This document shows, piece by piece, positions 61,001 to 64,000 of a stretch of DNA of 64,000 nt (position 1 is the stretch's first letter; every line of letters starts with the position of its first letter). Location of the stretch: contig CAXHJY010000275.1 of NCBI GenBank assembly GCA_964016885.1, positions 186,001-250,000 on the forward strand, in the 5' to 3' direction. The translations under genes were made by a program, and so were the position numbers. Under the pieces are notes generated by a model, which did no database searches, was not told the origin of the DNA, and worked only from the letters and a program-made list of their open reading frames with translations. Source of the DNA: Eledone cirrhosa. Taxonomy: Eukaryota.

Positions 61001-64000
61001 GTCACTGTAGCTTTGGTGTGATACTAGTTAGTTGTAACAGTCACTGTAGCTTTGGTGTAATACTGGTTAGTTGTAGCAGTCACTGTAGCTTTGGTGTAGT
61101 ACTGGTTAGTTGTAGCAGTCACTGTAGCTTTGGTGTAATACTGGTTAGTTGTAGCAGTCACTGTAGATTTGGTGTAGTACTGGTTAGTTGTAGCAGTTAC
61201 TGTAGCTTTGGTGTAATACTGGTTAGTTGTAGCAGTACCTGTAGATTTGGTGTAGTACTGGTTAGTTGTGACAGTCACTGTAGCTTTGGTGTAGTACTGG
61301 TTAGTTGTAGCAGTCACTTTAGCTTTGGTGTAATACTGGTTAGTTGTGGCAGTCACTGTAGCTTCAGTGTAGTACTGGTTAGTTGTAGCAGTCACTGTAG
61401 CTTTGGTGTAATACTGGTTAGTTGTAGCAGTCACTGTAGATTTGGTGTAGTACTGGTTAGTTGTAGCAGTCACTGTAGCTTTGGTGTAATACTGGTTAGT
61501 TGTAGCAGTCACTGTAGCTTTGGTGTAATACTGGTTAGTTGTAGCAGTCACTGTAGCTTTGGTGTAGTACTGGTTAGTTGTAGCAGTCACTGTAGCTTTG
61601 GTGTAGTACTGGTTAGTTGTAGCAGTCACTGTAGCTTTGGTGTAGTACTGGTTAGTTGTAGCAGTCACTGTAGCTTTGGTGTAATACTGGTTAGTTGTAT
61701 CAGTCACTGTAGCTTTGGTGTAATACTAGTTAGTTGTAGCAGTCACTGCAGCTTTGGTGTAGTACTGGTTAGTTGTAGCAGTCACTGTAGCTTTGGTGTA
61801 ATACTGGTTAGTTGTAGCAGTCACTGTTTTTTTGGTGTAGTACTGGTTAGTTGTAGCAGTCACTGTTTTTTTGGTGTAGTACTGGTTAGTTGTAGCAGTC
61901 AGTGTAGTATTGGTTAGTTGTAGCATTCACTGTAGCTTTGGTGTAATACTGGTTAGTTGTAGCAATCACTGTAGCTTTGGTGTAATACTGGTTAGTTGTG
62001 GCAGTCTCTGTAGCTTCAGTGTAGTAGTGGTTAGTTGTAGCAGTCACTGTAGCTTTGGTGTAATACTGGTTAGTTGTAGCAGTCACTGTAGCTTTGGTGT
62101 AATACGAGTTAGTTGTAGCAGTCACTGTAGCTTTGGTGTAGTACTGGTTCGTTGTAGCAGTCACTGTAGCTTTGGTGTAGTACTGGTTAGTTGTAGCAGT
62201 CACTGTAGCTTTGGTGTAGTACTGGTTAGTTGTAGAAGTTACTGTAGCTTTGGTGTAATACTGGTTAGTTGTAGCAGTCCCTGTAGATTTGGTGTAGTAC
62301 TGGTTAGTTGTGACAGTCACTGTAGCTTTGGTGTAGTACTGGTTAGTTGTAGCAGTCACTTTAGCTTTGGTGTAATACTGGTTAGTTGTGGCAGTCACTG
62401 TAGCTTCAGTGTAGTACTGGTTAGTTGTAGCAGTCACTGTAGCTTTGGTGTAATACTGGTTAGTTGTAGCAGTCACTGTAGATTTGGTGTAGTACTGGTT
62501 AGTTGTAGCAGTCACTTTAGCTTTGGTGTAATACTGGTTAGTTGTGGCAGTCACTGTAGCTTCAGTGTAGTACTGGTTAGTTGTAGCAGTCACTGTAGCT
62601 TTGGTGTAATACTGGTTAGTTGTAGCAGTCACTGTAGCTTTGGTGTAATACTGGGTAGTTGTAGCAGTCACTGTAGCTTTGGTGTAGTACTAGTTAGTTG
62701 TAGCAGTCACTGTAGCTTTTGTATAGTACTGGTTAGTTGTAACAGTCACTGTAGCTTTGGTGTTATACTGGTTAGTTGTAGCAGTCACTGTAGCTTTGGT
62801 GTAATACTGGTTAGTTGTAGCAGTCACTGTAGCTTTGGTGTAATACTGGTTAGTTGTAGCAGTCACTGTAGATTTGGTGTAATACTGGTTAGTTGTAGCA
62901 GTCACTGTAGCTTTGCTGTAGTACTGGTTAGTTGTAGCAGCCACTGCAGATTTGGTGTAATACTGGTTAGTTGTAGCAGTGACTGTAGCTTTGGTGTAAT
63001 ACTGGTTAGTTGTAGCAGTCACTGTAGCTTCTGTGCAATACTGGTTAGTTGTAGCAGTCACTGTAGCTTTGGTGTAATACTGGTTAGTTGTAACAGTCAC
63101 TGTAGCTTTGGTGTAATACTAGTTAGTTGTAACAGTCACTGTAGCTTTGGTGTGATACTAGTTAGTTGTAACAGTCACTGTAGCTTTGGTGTAGTACTGG
63201 TTAGTTGTAGCAGTCACTGTAGCTTTGGTGTAGTACTGGTTAGTTGTAGCAGTCACTGTAGCTTTGGTGTAATACTGGTTAGTTGTAGCAGTCACTGTAG
63301 ATTTGGTGTAGTACTGGTTAGTTGTAGCAGTTACTGTAGCTTTGGTGTAATACTGGTTAGTTGTAGCAGTCCCTGTAGATTTGGTGTAGTACTGGTTAGT
63401 TGTGACAGTCACTGTAGCTTTGGTGTAGTACTGGTTAGTTGTAGCAGTCACTTTAGCTTTGGTGTAATACTGGTTAGTTGTGGCAGTCACTGTAGCTTCA
63501 GTGTAGTACTGGTTAGTTGTAGCAGTCACTGTAGCTTTGGTGTAATACTGGTTAGTTGTAGCAGTCACTGTAGATTTGGTGTAGTACTGGTTAGTTGTAG
63601 CAGTCACTGTAGCTTTGGTGTAATACTGGTTAGTTGTAGCAGTCACTGTAGCTTTGGTGTAATACTGGTTAGTTGTAGCAGTCACTGTAGCTTTGGTGTA
63701 GTACTGGTTAGTTGTAGCAGTCACTGTAGCTTTGGTGTAGTACTGGTTAGTTGTAGCAGTCACTGTAGCTTTGGTGTAGTACTGGTTAGTTGTAGCAGTC
63801 ACTGTAGCTTTGGTGTAATACTGGTTAGTTGTATCAGTCACTGTAGCTTTGGTGTAATACTAGTTAGTTGTAGCAGTCACTGCAGCTTTGGTGTAGTACT
63901 GGTTAGTTGTAGCAGTCACTGTAGCTTTGGTGTAATACTGGTTAGTTGTAGCAGTCACTGTTTTTTGGTGTAGTACTGGTTAGTTGTAGCAGTCACTGTT
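50630..64000 (+). repeat. Right-domain HORs: ~6.8-7.0 kb duplication built from ~2.1-2.4 kb (55-61 monomer) sub-units
   Basis: Long offsets are 6829 (50915->57744, 51839->58668; 177 monomers), 6985 (54039->61024) and 7024. Sub-unit offsets are 2200 (51839->54039; 57-mer), 2356 (58668->61024; 61-mer) and 2134 (61024->63158; 55-mer). Confidence 0.85.
55955..56890 (+). repeat. 468-bp (12-monomer) tandem duplication
   Basis: 56154->56622 and 56173->56641. The series CAGTGAC, TTCAGTGCAA, GTCTCT, GTGACA, GCACTC, CATTCACTGCAAC is repeated. Confidence 0.85.

Larger units (their letters stand above)
1..64000 (+). repeat. Tandem satellite/minisatellite array, 39-bp monomer GTAGCTTTGGTGTARTACTRGTTAGTTGTAGCAGTCACT, head-to-tail, about 1,650 copies, running off both window ends
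   Basis: Read directly: the monomer recurs every 39 bp from base 1 to 64000, mostly with 0-3 substitutions. ORF translations show a 13-residue period on both strands (VSCSSHCSFGV[V/I]L on +, ATVTATTNQYYTK on -). No inversion or non-repeat insert seen. Confidence 0.99.

Noticed and set aside
1-64000. CRISPR array (repeat length is in the CRISPR range)
   Set aside because: Monomers are directly adjacent, with no unique spacers, leader or cas genes.
1-64000. G-quadruplex-forming or telomerase-synthesised telomere tract
   Set aside because: Only GG doublets with long spacing (GGG only in rare variants). Variants are inherited in multi-kb blocks, which fits recombination rather than templated addition.
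1-64000. Variant monomers as an information-bearing code or diversity-generating cassette library
   Set aside because: Variant order is explained by nested tandem duplication. No recombinase, reverse transcriptase or expression locus is present in the window.

Overview
The whole 64 kb window is one uninterrupted, single-orientation tandem array of a 39-bp satellite/minisatellite monomer (consensus GTAGCTTTGGTGTARTACTRGTTAGTTGTAGCAGTCACT; about 1,650 copies; about 41-44% GC; + strand about 69% G+T; no CpG in the consensus). I saw no unique sequence, gene, RNA gene, mobile element or CRISPR spacer. The many ORFs, including a 2517-aa one, arise because 39 is a multiple of 3 and one frame per strand has no stop; recurrent 1-, 4-, 11- and 16-bp indels break them. 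The real structure is in the monomer variants. There are nested higher-order repeats (HORs): a ~8.36-8.5 kb 215/219-mer on the left; an 8,729-bp 226-mer with internal 2,173-bp and 6,000-bp duplications in the middle; and ~2.2 kb and ~6.8-7.0 kb units on the right. A sub-family boundary lies at ~20.4-21.6 kb. The three main deletion classes (11, 16, 12 bp) equal the lengths of three TGTAG-headed sub-repeats that make up the monomer. It looks like eukaryotic heterochromatic or subtelomeric satellite DNA, but the organism cannot be determined from this sequence. I found no support for a novel protein-coding system; periods and monomer counts were derived by hand from ORF offsets and indel tallies.
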